A stretch of 63,918 bases of DNA, filler included, from Trichomonas gallinae (Eukaryota), in assembly GCA_008369845.1 (NCBI GenBank). It is 6 parts of 6 records of this genome, joined end to end, with 100 filler letters (N's around TTAATTAATTAA, not from the genome) between each part and the next. Parts side by side here need not be neighbours in the genome. Positions count along the whole stretch, not along the records: positions 23,869 to 50,708 come from MRSU01001391.1; positions 50,809 to 53,456 come from MRSU01001401.1; positions 53,557 to 60,624 come from MRSU01001403.1; 3 more parts are not named here. One strand, given 5' to 3'. The notes under the pieces are model-generated. The model worked only from the letters and a program-made list of their open reading frames with translations, had not been told where the DNA came from and did no database searches. Position numbers and translations under genes: made by a program. Numbering within the stretch: position 1 is the stretch's first letter; every line of letters starts with the position of its first letter. Below, one piece after another: positions 44,820 through 56,308 of this stretch.

Positions 44820-45327
44820 GATAATCACTCATTAGATTCGTTTTGTCAGTTATTGATGAGCAATTTCTCATGTTATGCTATAATCTTCAAAATGATTTGA
44901 TCTAATTTTTTGGCTAATCGGTTTCTTTTATGATTTACATTTATTTGACATACAAATATTAAAGTGTAAATTTATTTCATAATTTATTAAGTTGCATAAT
45001 GAATATTTGATAAATTTTTCTTTCATGTAGAATAATTCTAATCAGATTATGATATCCATGATTTAAATGGTCCAATTGAGTTATTGGGAAAAGCTCAATA
45101 CATTATTAATGATTAAATTCTCAAATATTTTGATTCAAATATATTGTTAATTTATATGAACTTTCTGTGTGTGTTTATCATTTGTGAGTATATATCTAGG
45201 ATATTTTGATCATTTTAGGATATAGTCAAATGTTTTGAAAAAATTGATAATTAAAAACAAACAAAATTTATCGTTAGATTAAATAAATATAATAGTAAAC
45301 ATGAATGACTGATAAAAACAAAGTCTA

Positions 45328-46428
45328 TTATTTTGGTTTTGGTTGCATCTGCATTTGCATCATCTGTATTTGTTGAGACATCGGCGTCTGCTGCATTTGC
45401 ATCATTTGTTGTGACATTTGCTGCATTTGTGAAGTCATTTGTTGCATTTGCGATGGTGGCTGCATCTGTGGTTGCTGTTGCATCTGTGGCATCTGTTGTT
45501 GTGACTGCATGTGCTGCATCTGTTGTTGATTCTGCATGTGCTGCATCTGTTGTTGCTGCATTTGAGATTGATGCTTTTGCGAATTTGGATTTGAAGATCT
45601 GAAAAGCACTGCAATCTTATGGTAGAAGGTCGACATATAACTTCTATCGCTCGAAATAACATAAACTATATCTTGTAAAGAAATTTCTCTTTTTCGGTCA
45701 TTAACATTGACTGTAGAAAGCTTATTGAGGAATTGTTGTTTCAATTGCATTTGTTGTGCAGTTACCGGCGGTTTTATTTGTGTGTTACTAAACTTTGCTT
45801 GAAAGTAGTTTGAAAGGGCTTGTTTTCGATCTAGTGGATTAATATTATCTTTAATAACGCTGGTATTAGTTTCCTGTTCTACCTTATCCCTGTGATAAGA
45901 CAGATGTTTATAAAGGAATTCATTGTAAGTATCTCCTTGCTCTAAAATAGGAGTATACTGATCATGATGTGTAACACCACGATTAAAACCATTTTCGACT
46001 GCGCGAAGAACAGCTACCAGGGATGGCGCTAACGAGATTTGGTACTGTTGGTATCCGTTTGATGGTGGACGACATTCTGTATTGCATCTCATCGATGATG
46101 CCCTGTATGCTTCATATAGGACAGATGTGATCAATTTGCTGAGATTTTTTGTAATCATATCAAGCACTTGTTCGTCATTTATAATAATATTTTTTTGAGC
46201 GAACGAATCTTTGATATAGTTTTTGTATGCATTGCTTATAATATTATCGATAGTCTCTTGTACCTTTGGATTGATCGAATTTGGCCAATCTTGGAGGTTT
46301 GGGTTCATATTTGGCGCAAATCTCATCATAGAATCATCACGAAAGCGCTGGATCTTTTTAATCTCGTTAAATAGACTGGTGCGATCCGGGGGATCTGCCA
46401 TTGGAATTGGTTGCTGCTTTGGATTCAT
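45328..46428 (-). CDS. TAF4-like histone-fold protein with a Q/M-rich C-terminal tail
   Basis: Histone-fold-like EQVLDMITKNLSKLITSVLYEAYRASSMR and a TAF4 C-terminal-like RKREISLQDIVYVISSDR, followed by a QQQMQHMQ repeat tail. Confidence 0.55.
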   Translation of the reverse strand: MNPKQQPIPMADPPDRTSLFNEIKKIQRFRDDSMMRFAPNMNPNLQDWPNSINPKVQETIDNIISNAYKNYIKDSFAQKNIIINDEQVLDMITKNLSKLITSVLYEAYRASSMRCNTECRPPSNGYQQYQISLAPSLVAVLRAVENGFNRGVTHHDQYTPILEQGDTYNEFLYKHLSYHRDKVEQETNTSVIKDNINPLDRKQALSNYFQAKFSNTQIKPPVTAQQMQLKQQFLNKLSTVNVNDRKREISLQDIVYVISSDRSYMSTFYHKIAVLFRSSNPNSQKHQSQMQQQQMQHMQNQQQMQHMQSQQQMPQMQQQPQMQPPSQMQQMTSQMQQMSQQMMQMQQTPMSQQIQMMQMQMQPKPK

Positions 46429-47200
46429 GAAACAAAAATAACCAGTGCCACTTTTGGGGTTGTCACGTTTGTTCTAAATTACCAAGAAAAAAGTGAAATG
46501 ACTTTCAAAATAGAACTGTTTAAGTCATAGATTTTATTAATGTAGCCCATATCAATAACAGCTCTGATACCGAAATCGCCCCAATAGCAAAACACATCAT
46601 TTTGATTTAACCTTATTACTCGGGAGAAACATCATTAGTCAAATTTCTCTTGTGATAATTAGATCAGAACAAATCAGTAACATCATTAACACTAACTGCA
46701 TAAACTAGTAGAATAATATAGAATTATATGAAAACTATTGTACAGTAAACAATAATTTGAGATTAAAATCAATTACATCTAATTGTTGCATTGTTATTAT
46801 TTATCACTTCTATTGATTCTGTATAGACAAATTACTAGTAATTTTAAAATATGGATAAATCACTGATATCCGTATAAAATTTATCTTCATGATCTTGCAA
46901 ATGCTGCTAAGAAAATATTATCATTCCGTTATGCTAATAAATATTTTACAATATAATAAAAACTAATCAAAATATCTTCAATTGATTAATCGTCAATTAT
47001 ATATTTAAATTTGAAATAATATGAAATCTATGTACAATAATGTGATATTTTTGATATCAAGTGTCAAAGCTTATATTAAAATTTTGATATAAAAATTTGA
47101 AAAAAAATCATTTGAAATATTTGATTTGCTTGGTGTGAATAAAGATTTTTTTAATTGGTTAACACATCAATGTTTAAAAAAGAAAAAAATAAAAAGAAAT

Positions 47201-47908
47201 TTAAGCTCCACCAGCAACTGCAGATTGATATGATGGAATCATGTACTTGATGTTAATATATGCCTCTGGACCGCCGCTCTTTTCCATCTCTTCAAGAGTT
47301 TCATGGATTAAGTCTGAAAGATTGTTGTGCTTGCGCTGGGAGTACTCGATGCGGTCTCCGATGTTCTTATTGTCAAGGAAGAATTCGTTGAATACTGGTA
47401 AAATTTGACGATAGTATGGAACAAGGGCTTCACTGATCAAAGGATCAGCTTTGACAAGTGCCTGAATGACAGCCATGCAGCGGCAGAGAATATCTGGGTC
47501 GCGTGTGTTTAAATCCTTCTTTAACGGAATAATTAATTGTGGAACGACAGCAAGGATCTTTGTTGGACCCTGAGCGATGAGATCAAGTGTTCCGTAGTAT
47601 GCGAAGTACCAGTATGGCTCCTCAGTTTCACGGAGACCGTCGAAAAATACTGGAAGATAGTGATGATAATCGAGGAGATCTGGAGAAACTTTCCAATGAA
47701 TTGGGCCTGTTTCTTCGCCGTAATTACGAGAGATCGGAAGATCACCACGGTCATAGAAACGGCGGAATTGTGTAGCCTCGCGCGGTGGCTTTGGCTTTGG
47801 AGCCATTCCAAGTCCTCTGGACTGGACGGCTGTTTTCTTCTTGATTGTGCGAGATTTTACAGTTGGTTGTTCTTCTGTCTTTCCAAGACGAGGCCTTTCA
47901 ACAGACAT
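47201..47908 (-). CDS. PACRG: Parkin co-regulated protein (axonemal inner junction)
   Basis: FRRFYDRGDLPI, LDYHHYLPVFFDGLRETEEPY, ALVPYYRQILPVFN and AYINIKYMIPSY. Confidence 0.97.
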   Translation of the reverse strand: MSVERPRLGKTEEQPTVKSRTIKKKTAVQSRGLGMAPKPKPPREATQFRRFYDRGDLPISRNYGEETGPIHWKVSPDLLDYHHYLPVFFDGLRETEEPYWYFAYYGTLDLIAQGPTKILAVVPQLIIPLKKDLNTRDPDILCRCMAVIQALVKADPLISEALVPYYRQILPVFNEFFLDNKNIGDRIEYSQRKHNNLSDLIHETLEEMEKSGGPEAYINIKYMIPSYQSAVAGGA

Positions 47909-48323
47909 TAGATTATTAACGTATTTTCTTGTCGATAAACTGTTCTGTCACGTAAACTATTATTTGTCATAAAATAATTTACATGTCAAAGAAATCAAAA
48001 TCAAAACATGAACAATGAACTATTTGGATTACTCATATTATATAGATGAATGCTGCAACAATTGGCTGCTTGCGACATGCATTAGTATTTGATTTCTGAA
48101 ATTTGAAACTTAAAATATGGATCTGAAAACAAAAGTGACTTATTTATTGATTTTAGATGCAAATTTAGCTCTAAATCATTAATTTTCGCATCGAAATTTT
48201 ATAAAAAAATCATGAATTTCTTTGGTTTCATAAAATAATTATATAAAGAAAAATGTTAGGTGTGTAACAATAAAAATAATAGAATGGTATTTAATCATAT
48301 ATAAAACTGACATTAAAATAGAT

Positions 48324-50453
48324 TTAATCTCTGGATGTTATATTCTTCAAGTTAATATTCAATATGTTCTTCCTCTTATCTGGGAACCTGTCGATAACAG
48401 GCGAGATATACCTTTCTCCGTTATCAGCCTCCGCCTTGACTGAGTCGTATTTGTTGACGATGCCCTTCATTACGTCTGATGATATCGAAGTTCCCTTCGG
48501 GCTCATCTTGACGAGCTGCTCCATCAGCTGAGGAGTGAAGTCCTTGTAAACTTCGACAATGCCACCGTAATCGAGTTTCATGAAGCCATCAGATTCAGTG
48601 ACGATCTTCTTCAACGACTCCAAAACTTGCATCAAGTTCTTCGACCACTGGTTTGACTCGTACTGCATCAACCAGTCGATCATCATGTTCTTGTCGCTGT
48701 CGATGTTGTCAGTGAATTGCTCCAATGTCAGCTGTGTTGGCTGCTTGTATGATATGATGTAGTAGGCGATGAACTGATGCAAGAACTGTGAAATGAATTT
48801 CCTGAACAATGGACCTAACAAGCATGTCTTCGCTTCATCGCATGCCTGTTGAGCTTGTTCGAGTTTCTGTCCGAAGTTGTTCCTCAAGTCCCACTCGTCT
48901 GCGGCAGCGATTTCGGTGATGATCATGTCGTTCAAGTGCGACATCGCGTTCTTCTGCATCGTGGCCCACTTGTTCTTGAGGGTCATGATTGAGGCGGCGT
49001 CGACAACTTCAGGGAGCTTCTGGCCGAGATCTGTGCACGTTCTGATGCCAGACAGAGAGTTGTTGATGGCGGCCATGACGTATCTTCTGTTTGGAGACTC
49101 CTGCACGAATTCTCCGAGTGCCTGGGTATCCATGATGAACATCCTCAGCAAGCCAGCCCTGATGTTCGGAAGGTTGCCTGGTAGATTGGTTTCTATGGCG
49201 ACTTTATCAGCATCGATTAATCTCTTCATGAAATCATATGGTGCCTGCGTTGATATTGTTCCATCTCTGTTTGTATCGATGGCGTCTGGTTCCATGGCGA
49301 TGATGTTGGAAAGGAACTGGTGGAGATCTTCTGGAATTTGGGATTCTAGTCTTTCTTCGTATGTAATTAATCTCTTCTTCATTTCATCTGAAGGTTCGAC
49401 ACCAAGCATGTGACCCATTGATCCGATGTAGTCGCGCATCCAGATGATGATTCTTGAAAGAAGGAAAGTCGAAGATGTTGAATTATTCACAATCTTGTCG
49501 ATAACCTTAAGAACTTCTGCATTTGCGAGCTGTCCGAGGATATCCATGATCTGGATACCTTGTACGCTCTCTTGCGGTGATGGAAGAGCAGGAATAATAA
49601 TATCGAGAGTATCTGTAATGTTTTCAAGTACATCTTGGAGCTTCTTAAGAAGTGAATCAAGCTGAGAAACAGAAAGGGCTGTGTTTGCGTTCTTGAATTG
49701 ATAGGCAATTGAATCTGTTAATAAATCTTTGACTGTGAGAGGCTGTTTCAGGCGGATTGATGATGCTATGACAATCCATACTGCGCGCGCTAATTTGTCT
49801 GTAGTGATTTTCGGAGTTTCGTCGTCTGGCGTCTTAAAAGCTGCCATGACGATTTTTTGTGCATTAAATTGAAGAGTTTGCATCGCTTCTTGTACTGGCT
49901 GGAACTTATCGCGGATGAACGTCTTTTGTGTTTCGTTCTTTAAGTTTTCGAGAAGTTCAGCTTCAAAATCTAATAATTGCGTAACAATTTTGTAGCATTG
50001 AATGCTGATATCACCTGGGTGTTGAGTGCAGAAATAGTCTACATCAGCCATTTGTTGTTCTGCTTCAGTAAATCTTCTTTGAAGTTCACTAACTTTGTAT
50101 AAACGACCTAAAATTCGTGCTAAATCTCTTGTTTCTTGATATCTTGGTATATTCGCTGTAACTTCTGTGCATTGGCTCTTTATTTCTTCCATATCTTTTC
50201 TTAATCGCTTTAATGTTGTTGTAATATCTTCCAGATCGTGAATACCGTCGTCAACATTGCCGACAATTTGTTGCACACGCGCTTTAAGCTTGCTGAGTTT
50301 GTCTGTGTGTTTTGCAATTGTTGCTTGCTTCTTCTGAGGCAGAATTTCTAAATCTGATTGAACTCTAAGCTTCTTCGAGACCGAAACGAAGGCCTGCTCC
50401 GTAGCTCTATCTAGTTCATACTGAAGTTTTGGGTCTCTTTCATCTTTTATCAT
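48324..50453 (-). CDS. SEC6: Exocyst subunit Sec6/EXOC3-like
   Basis: N-terminal coiled coil. EPDAIDTNRDGTISTQAPYDFM and YVMAAINNS resemble Sec6 conserved blocks. 709 aa, all helical. Confidence 0.65.
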   Translation of the reverse strand: MIKDERDPKLQYELDRATEQAFVSVSKKLRVQSDLEILPQKKQATIAKHTDKLSKLKARVQQIVGNVDDGIHDLEDITTTLKRLRKDMEEIKSQCTEVTANIPRYQETRDLARILGRLYKVSELQRRFTEAEQQMADVDYFCTQHPGDISIQCYKIVTQLLDFEAELLENLKNETQKTFIRDKFQPVQEAMQTLQFNAQKIVMAAFKTPDDETPKITTDKLARAVWIVIASSIRLKQPLTVKDLLTDSIAYQFKNANTALSVSQLDSLLKKLQDVLENITDTLDIIIPALPSPQESVQGIQIMDILGQLANAEVLKVIDKIVNNSTSSTFLLSRIIIWMRDYIGSMGHMLGVEPSDEMKKRLITYEERLESQIPEDLHQFLSNIIAMEPDAIDTNRDGTISTQAPYDFMKRLIDADKVAIETNLPGNLPNIRAGLLRMFIMDTQALGEFVQESPNRRYVMAAINNSLSGIRTCTDLGQKLPEVVDAASIMTLKNKWATMQKNAMSHLNDMIITEIAAADEWDLRNNFGQKLEQAQQACDEAKTCLLGPLFRKFISQFLHQFIAYYIISYKQPTQLTLEQFTDNIDSDKNMMIDWLMQYESNQWSKNLMQVLESLKKIVTESDGFMKLDYGGIVEVYKDFTPQLMEQLVKMSPKGTSISSDVMKGIVNKYDSVKAEADNGERYISPVIDRFPDKRKNILNINLKNITSRD

Positions 50454-50708
50454 TGAAATAAAATTTTGATGTCAGATTTGTAGTTTTTCGTTTCACTTTG
50501 GATATAAACATAAAAATCCATAACAATTATATATTTTTAGTATTTCTCTCACTTTTTGATTGTATATCGGCAAAAAATTATTTTTGGTTATTTAAGGCTT
50601 AAGCAGTATAAATATATATTTGTATTTGGTAAGGATGTCGTTTTGGAAGATAATTATGACTTTGGAAGAAAAAAATGACGTAGTAAGAAGATTTTTTGGA
50701 AAATAAAA

Positions 50709-50808
50709 NNNNNNNNNNNNNNNNNNNNNNNNNNNNNNNNNNNNNNNNNNNNTTAATTAATTAANNNNNNNNNNNNNNNNNNNNNNNNNNNNNNNNNNNN
50801 NNNNNNNN
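50709..50808. other. Assembly spacer
   Basis: N run with TTAATTAATTAA linker. Confidence 0.99.
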
Positions 50809-52075
50809 CAAATTTTCTTAGGTTTACATGAAAATTGAGAGAATCCCTGGTCTCACTTTTTATCCCTGGTTATTGCTCCACTGTTAATGAAAATTAAGAG
50901 AAATCAATGCAAAATCCATTAATTTATAATAAGTATAACATGACAATTTCAAATATCAAATTATTATAGCTTTTATCGATTTATTGAGATTTAATCGAAA
51001 ATAATCATCAAATCATTGACTTTCTTTGGTATATTTGGACAGATCTAGATGAGTAGAACCATATTCTTTTGAGTTTTGAGATCATTAATAGATTTCTAAA
51101 AATTTGACAATAAATATAACTTATAATCGTCATTCTCTCAATATTGAGATGAATTTTAACTACGGTCTTTTTTCTCTCGAAATATCATCAAAACTAATTC
51201 TATATAAGCGGATTAGCTGCTAGAAGAGTAATATTAACAATATTATAACTGAATTTCTTTCCAATATAGCGATTTTGATGTTTTTGATATCAGATTTCCA
51301 TCAATCTTAACGAGTTAGACACAAAAATGAATTAGTTTTAATTTATTTATTCTATCTTTATATGTATTTTTACATAGAAACCATGTGTATCCTCAATTTG
51401 AATAAAGATTTCCTTATTACTCAATTAACGATCAAATCATTACATATTTGAGGGCAGCTCTTATAGCATATGAATCCTTAAATGAATGAGAAACCAATGG
51501 TCTTAGTTTTTTTACCCGAAATAATTTTCATGAAGGAAATGTAAAACAAACCCAAGAACTCATATCTTATTTCTATATTGGTAGGCATTTCAAATACAAG
51601 GTCAAAATCATTATTGAGTTTCCAAATCCGTCAATGATCGACAAGTTCAATTCATTGATATATTATTTATGGATATGCATGTAATATAAATACAATGTGA
51701 AAAATGCTGATTGATTTGAAAATTCATTTTTGTCAATGATCGACTAAGCTATTGAACTTATATATTATATTAATTTATCTAGCGTAAAAATGATTCATAT
51801 GAATTGAATGATTTTGAAATTTCATTGATTTTGTTTTGAATAACCCAATATTAATACTAGAGATGCAAAGAGACAAAAATCGATCAATGTGTTTTCCAAA
51901 ATTTCTTGTAATGATCAACAAGCCATAAAAACGCATTATAGAGTCTAAAAAAGCCAAATTCGGAGTTCAACCGCTAAAAGTTTATCATGTCACTTCAAGG
52001 ATAATTTGGTATTCAAATCAATTGAGAGTATCTAAGAAAAATTGAGAAAACATTTTCACAATTTTTGAAATCAAA

Positions 52076-53245
52076 ATGCAACAAAAGAATTCAGTTCTAT
52101 TCACTCCGCACAGGATCGGACCGTTGATAGTCAAGAATAGGTTCATTAGATCCGCGACTTGGTGCAACCTTGTTAACCAGGACGGCAATCCAACGAAACA
52201 ATTGTTCGATAGCTATGAAAAACTCGCTGAAGGTGAAGTTGGATTGATAATCTCTGGCTATACATATTGCTCACCAGCTGGAAGGAGGAGGAGAAACCAA
52301 ATATCGTTAACAACACCTCAACAGGCTTCTGCATGGCAGAATCCTATTAAGAAACTCCACAATTTAGGAACAAAATTCATCTTTCAGTTATCACATGCTG
52401 GATGCCACAAGTTTCCTTCAACTCGTCGTCCAGACGAGTTAGTTCTTGGTCCATCTGCCTGTGGGGAAAACTCTAGAGCCATGACTGAGCAAGAAATCGA
52501 GGATACAATCAATGATTTCGTTAATTCCGCTAAAGTTGCTGAGCTAACAGGCGCTGATGGTATCCAGATCGATGCTGCACACGGAAATCTTCTTTCTGCG
52601 TTCCTCTCACCGGCATTAAATCACCGCACAGACAAGTGGGGTGGTGATGACGAGGGAAGATTCAGGATTATCTATGAAATTGTCAAAGCAATTAAAAAGA
52701 ATGTTAGCAAGAACTTCGCAATCACAATGAAAATCAACGGAGATGACTGCATCAAGGGTGGTGTAACACCAATGCTTGCTGCAAAATACATTTCACAGCT
52801 CCCAGACGTACAAATGTTCGAAATCACTTGCGGTGTCCTTAACCAGATGACCACCATTCGTTCTAAGACAAATGTACAGTCAATGATGCGTGGATCTACA
52901 GCAGAACAACAGAAAAAGATCGCAAAGACAGCTTCAAAGGCTGATCCAAATTATCCTTTCTTCGAAGGCTTCAATATTGAAGCAACAAAGAAGATCCGCG
53001 AGATGATTGGCCCGCATCCAGTCCTTACATGCGTTGGCGGACTCCGTGATTTCAAGATGATGGAAGATATCGTCAAAAATCATACTTGCGATTTCGTGGC
53101 ACTTAGCAGGCCTTTAATTCGCCAGCCACACCTCATTGCTGAGTTCAAGATGGGCAACACTGGAAAGAGCAAGTGTACATCATGCGGCGAATGCTCATTA
53201 AAGCGCCCAATTAACGCTGTTGAATGCACGTGGCCGAAATTTTAA
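52076..53245 (+). CDS. NADH:flavin oxidoreductase / Old Yellow Enzyme family
   Basis: LFTPHRIGPLIVKNRFIRSAT, QLSHAG, GADGIQIDAAHGNLLSAFLSPALNHRTDKWGG, VGGLR, DFVALSRPLIRQP, and a C-terminal CxxCxxC..C. Confidence 0.93.
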   Translation: MQQKNSVLFTPHRIGPLIVKNRFIRSATWCNLVNQDGNPTKQLFDSYEKLAEGEVGLIISGYTYCSPAGRRRRNQISLTTPQQASAWQNPIKKLHNLGTKFIFQLSHAGCHKFPSTRRPDELVLGPSACGENSRAMTEQEIEDTINDFVNSAKVAELTGADGIQIDAAHGNLLSAFLSPALNHRTDKWGGDDEGRFRIIYEIVKAIKKNVSKNFAITMKINGDDCIKGGVTPMLAAKYISQLPDVQMFEITCGVLNQMTTIRSKTNVQSMMRGSTAEQQKKIAKTASKADPNYPFFEGFNIEATKKIREMIGPHPVLTCVGGLRDFKMMEDIVKNHTCDFVALSRPLIRQPHLIAEFKMGNTGKSKCTSCGECSLKRPINAVECTWPKF

Positions 53246-53384
53246 TTTTTTGATACTTTTATATAATGATGAATATACTGACTAAACGAACTTTTGTTTA
53301 ATTACAATGTTCTTACGCATAATCGAGCGTGATTGTTGTATAGAAGTTGTTCTAAAAGTTCATAATTAATAAAAATAAAAAAAG

Positions 53385-53456
53385 CTCGGTCACCGGGAAT
53401 CGAACCCGGATCAAAAGAACGACAATCTTACATGATAACCATTACACTATGACCGA
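53385..53456 (-). tRNA. tRNA-Asp(GTC)
   Basis: TCGGTCATAGTGTAATGGTTATCATGTAAGATTGTCGTTCTTTTGATCCGGGTTCGATTCCCGGTGACCGAG forms a cloverleaf with a GTTCGA T-loop. A downstream T-run fits a Pol III terminator. Confidence 0.93.
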
Positions 53457-53556
53457 NNNNNNNNNNNNNNNNNNNNNNNNNNNNNNNNNNNNNNNNNNNN
53501 TTAATTAATTAANNNNNNNNNNNNNNNNNNNNNNNNNNNNNNNNNNNNNNNNNNNN
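53457..53556. other. Assembly spacer
   Basis: N run with TTAATTAATTAA linker. Confidence 0.99.
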
Positions 53557-53982
53557 ACATTTTTTTGTGTGTTGTGCATGAATTTGTCAATCACACGCAT
53601 AGTTTTATTCTAAGAAGAATAAAATATTGTTTATATAACCTATGCTGTAACATATATAACAGCCAGAATTAGATTTTTAGGATTTTATAGCAGAAATGAT
53701 AAATTTCTAAGTAATTCAAGTATTTATGCTGGATTAATAATGTAAAGTATGCATCATATCCATTGGCAAGTCTTTAAATCCTTATTGGAAAAATTGTATT
53801 TAACGAAAAATAAAATTTCATTGTTGGTCTTTAATATACGTATAAAGAAATTAAGTATGTAAAAAATGAGTGACTTTTATAGTAATAATGATTGGTAACG
53901 AAGAATTTTGAAATAATAGAATATCATGTATCGATAGTATATTTAGTTGATATTTTATGAGTGATGCATTCTAATAAGAAGC

Positions 53983-54279
53983 TTAGCCACCGTGGAGTGT
54001 TGAAATGAAGACAATATGATCATTCTTGGATAATTTCTGATCGATGCCATCAATTTCGGAGTCTGCGTCATTGATCATGACGAGGATGCCTGGAAGAAGC
54101 TTGCCATTTTCAGCAAGGAATCTTGTTGGCTTTGATGGATCTAAATACTTCTTTGCGAGAAGAGCAGGAAGATCTTCAAGTTTGAGACCATCTGGTACAG
54201 AAATCTTAACACCATCTGGCGCCTTGAAGTCATGCTCTAAACCACCCTCAAACTCGACACTGATCTCGAACTCAGACAT
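53983..54279 (-). CDS. URM1: Ubiquitin-related modifier Urm1
   Basis: VEFEGGLE...PGILVMINDADSE...IVFISTLHGG, the canonical Urm1 pattern and C-terminus. Confidence 0.96.
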   Translation of the reverse strand: MSEFEISVEFEGGLEHDFKAPDGVKISVPDGLKLEDLPALLAKKYLDPSKPTRFLAENGKLLPGILVMINDADSEIDGIDQKLSKNDHIVFISTLHGG

Positions 54280-54841
54280 TTTTCGAAAAAATGATTAAAT
54301 TAAGTTTTTTATTAGAAATTATTACTCCATATGGTAAGATAAGCATGAATATTCTGTTATTTAACAAATACCATTTATAAATTAGGGGCCGACAAAATAT
54401 AACTGGGGTATACCACAAACAATATCTGAGAATCAATATTATACGGAATGGACATGCTTAAAGTCTAAATATCCAATAAAATTGTGATATAAAGTAATAC
54501 ACGACAAATTTCAAATTAAATTCATTACTTCCAGTTTGCAAGACTTTGCTATATGACTGTCATTGGATTGTATAGTACAATCATACTTTCGACAAGCCAA
54601 TAATCATTGTATATGTTTCAGTTGAAGTTCAACGTAAAATTGTTTTGAATTTTAAAGTATATGCGAATTATGGTACTATTCATAAAGAAAAAAAATTGCA
54701 TTGTTAAGAAAGCTCAGAAAAAAATTTAGAGGACTATTGAATTATTTTTCTAACTAAATATTCTTAGTGCAAATTGTGTATGTATTTACAAATTTTAAAA
54801 ATATTTACTATAACAAACATTTTAGAGTAATCTAATGATTT

Positions 54842-55297
54842 TCAATGAACATTGAGTAGGAGGGAGATATCAAATGGGTCATATGCAATTGATAAATCGG
54901 TTTTCAAGGAAAAATCATTTGATAATTTTATTGGAGGAGCTTCATAAGTAATACGCGGTTGATATAGGGACATTATATCCATATTCCTAAGAAATGGCTC
55001 GATTTTACTCCAATTTTCCGCGTACCAGCAAAGGAGTGCAGTTCGATTCCTTTTGGCGAGTCTGTCTAGTTTAAGCTCCAGCTTATCCAAAAATATATTT
55101 GCCAATGATATCAGTATGGAAGATGTGACATGCGTATTAAAGTATCTGTCAATATAATCAGAAACTTGTTCTATTTTATCTCCATAGTTTCTTAATCTGT
55201 CATTTATCTTAATGCTATCTCTCATGCTCTGTGAAGCGTGCTTTTTATGCTTCCTCTTTTCCTTGATAACAACGCCTGTTGACTCTTGCAAATTCAT
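54842..55297 (-). CDS. Trichomonad-specific hypothetical protein (LDRLAKRNR..LLCWYAENW family)
   Basis: The motif KLDRLAKRNRTALLCWYAENW looks like that of an expanded trichomonad family. The likely start is MNLQEST (55297); the upstream extension is AT-rich and promoter-like. Confidence 0.7.
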   Translation of the reverse strand: MNLQESTGVVIKEKRKHKKHASQSMRDSIKINDRLRNYGDKIEQVSDYIDRYFNTHVTSSILISLANIFLDKLELKLDRLAKRNRTALLCWYAENWSKIEPFLRNMDIMSLYQPRITYEAPPIKLSNDFSLKTDLSIAYDPFDISLLLNVH

Positions 55298-56308
55298 TTG
55301 TGAAATTAATTCTGAATTCCTCAGAAAATAAAGAGATTTTATTGATAAAATTTTCAATTTATTCAACACTTTGATGACTATTAGTTTTTTATTTTTAATC
55401 ATTCAATTTTGTTAAATTAAAATTCATTTATAAAACAGGTATTAGATGTTAATAATGTCTCATTTAGGAAAATTACTCTCAATATTTTTCAATGCTTTTA
55501 TTTTTTTTTATTGTAACTTTTTTATTATCTACATAATAAAATAAACAATGTCTATTAATTTATATATTTGTGAAGTGCGGTCAAACGTTTATATGTCATC
55601 GATAACTGGATAATAGAGCGAAATAAATGAACAATTATTTTTACGTTAGTTATTTAGCTTACAAACATTCAAAATTATGAATGTGATTGAAAAATTAATC
55701 ATTCAAAAAATAATCATCCTATTTTCAATGCGGAATTATTCTTATATTTTATAAAAATTAATATAAATATTTATAGTCATTCAATTTTTCCTATGAAATT
55801 TCTATCGTTCTGTCATTGGATTATTTTTTCTGGAAATATGATTATTCAACTCTAAATCTCTTGAAACTACATATTTTACAAGTTCGGAGCGAAATAATCA
55901 ATGTTTTACAAGAAACACTCGAAAAGTACTCCAATACGCAAATCTTCAAATAACACTTGTTCTCAAGCTAAATATCAATGATTTCCAACTAATTAAATTC
56001 AAAATTTGCGACATTTCTGATGAAATTCTATGAATCTGAAACCACACGATAAGGTACAAGTTATATCTCCATTATATTCATAATAGGTATTGTCTAAGCA
56101 ACTATTGCCGAATGTTAACTATCGCTATTTCCATTCAAAATCATTCTATTGTTCAGAAATATTTTTTACAACTCATTTTATCACTGTTTTGTCCTCAGTA
56201 TTGGCTTCCACTACTTAAAAAAGAGTTACATACGAAAGATAAACCGATTTTTTGTCGATTTTTGTTTTAACCTTAATAATTATTTACAAAATCTATCTAA
56301 AAGTGACA

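Noticed and set aside
45333..45602. CAG/CAA-like tandem repeat and an antisense A/S/V-rich ORF
   Set aside because: Explained by the Q/M-rich tail of the minus-strand gene.
47580..47600. GATCAAGTGT...GTAGTAT resembling the U2 snRNA branch-pairing region
   Set aside because: The match is interrupted and lies antisense within the conserved PACRG coding sequence.
50628..50708. GGTAAGGATGTCGTTTTGGAAGA...TTTGGAAGA at a contig end, a possible transposon terminus
   Set aside because: No target-site duplication or partner terminus is visible, so the evidence is too thin.
53385..54279. URM1 (tRNA thiolation) lying next to tRNA genes
   Set aside because: An assembly gap separates them, and Asp(GTC) and Lys(CTT) are not U34-thiolated substrates.
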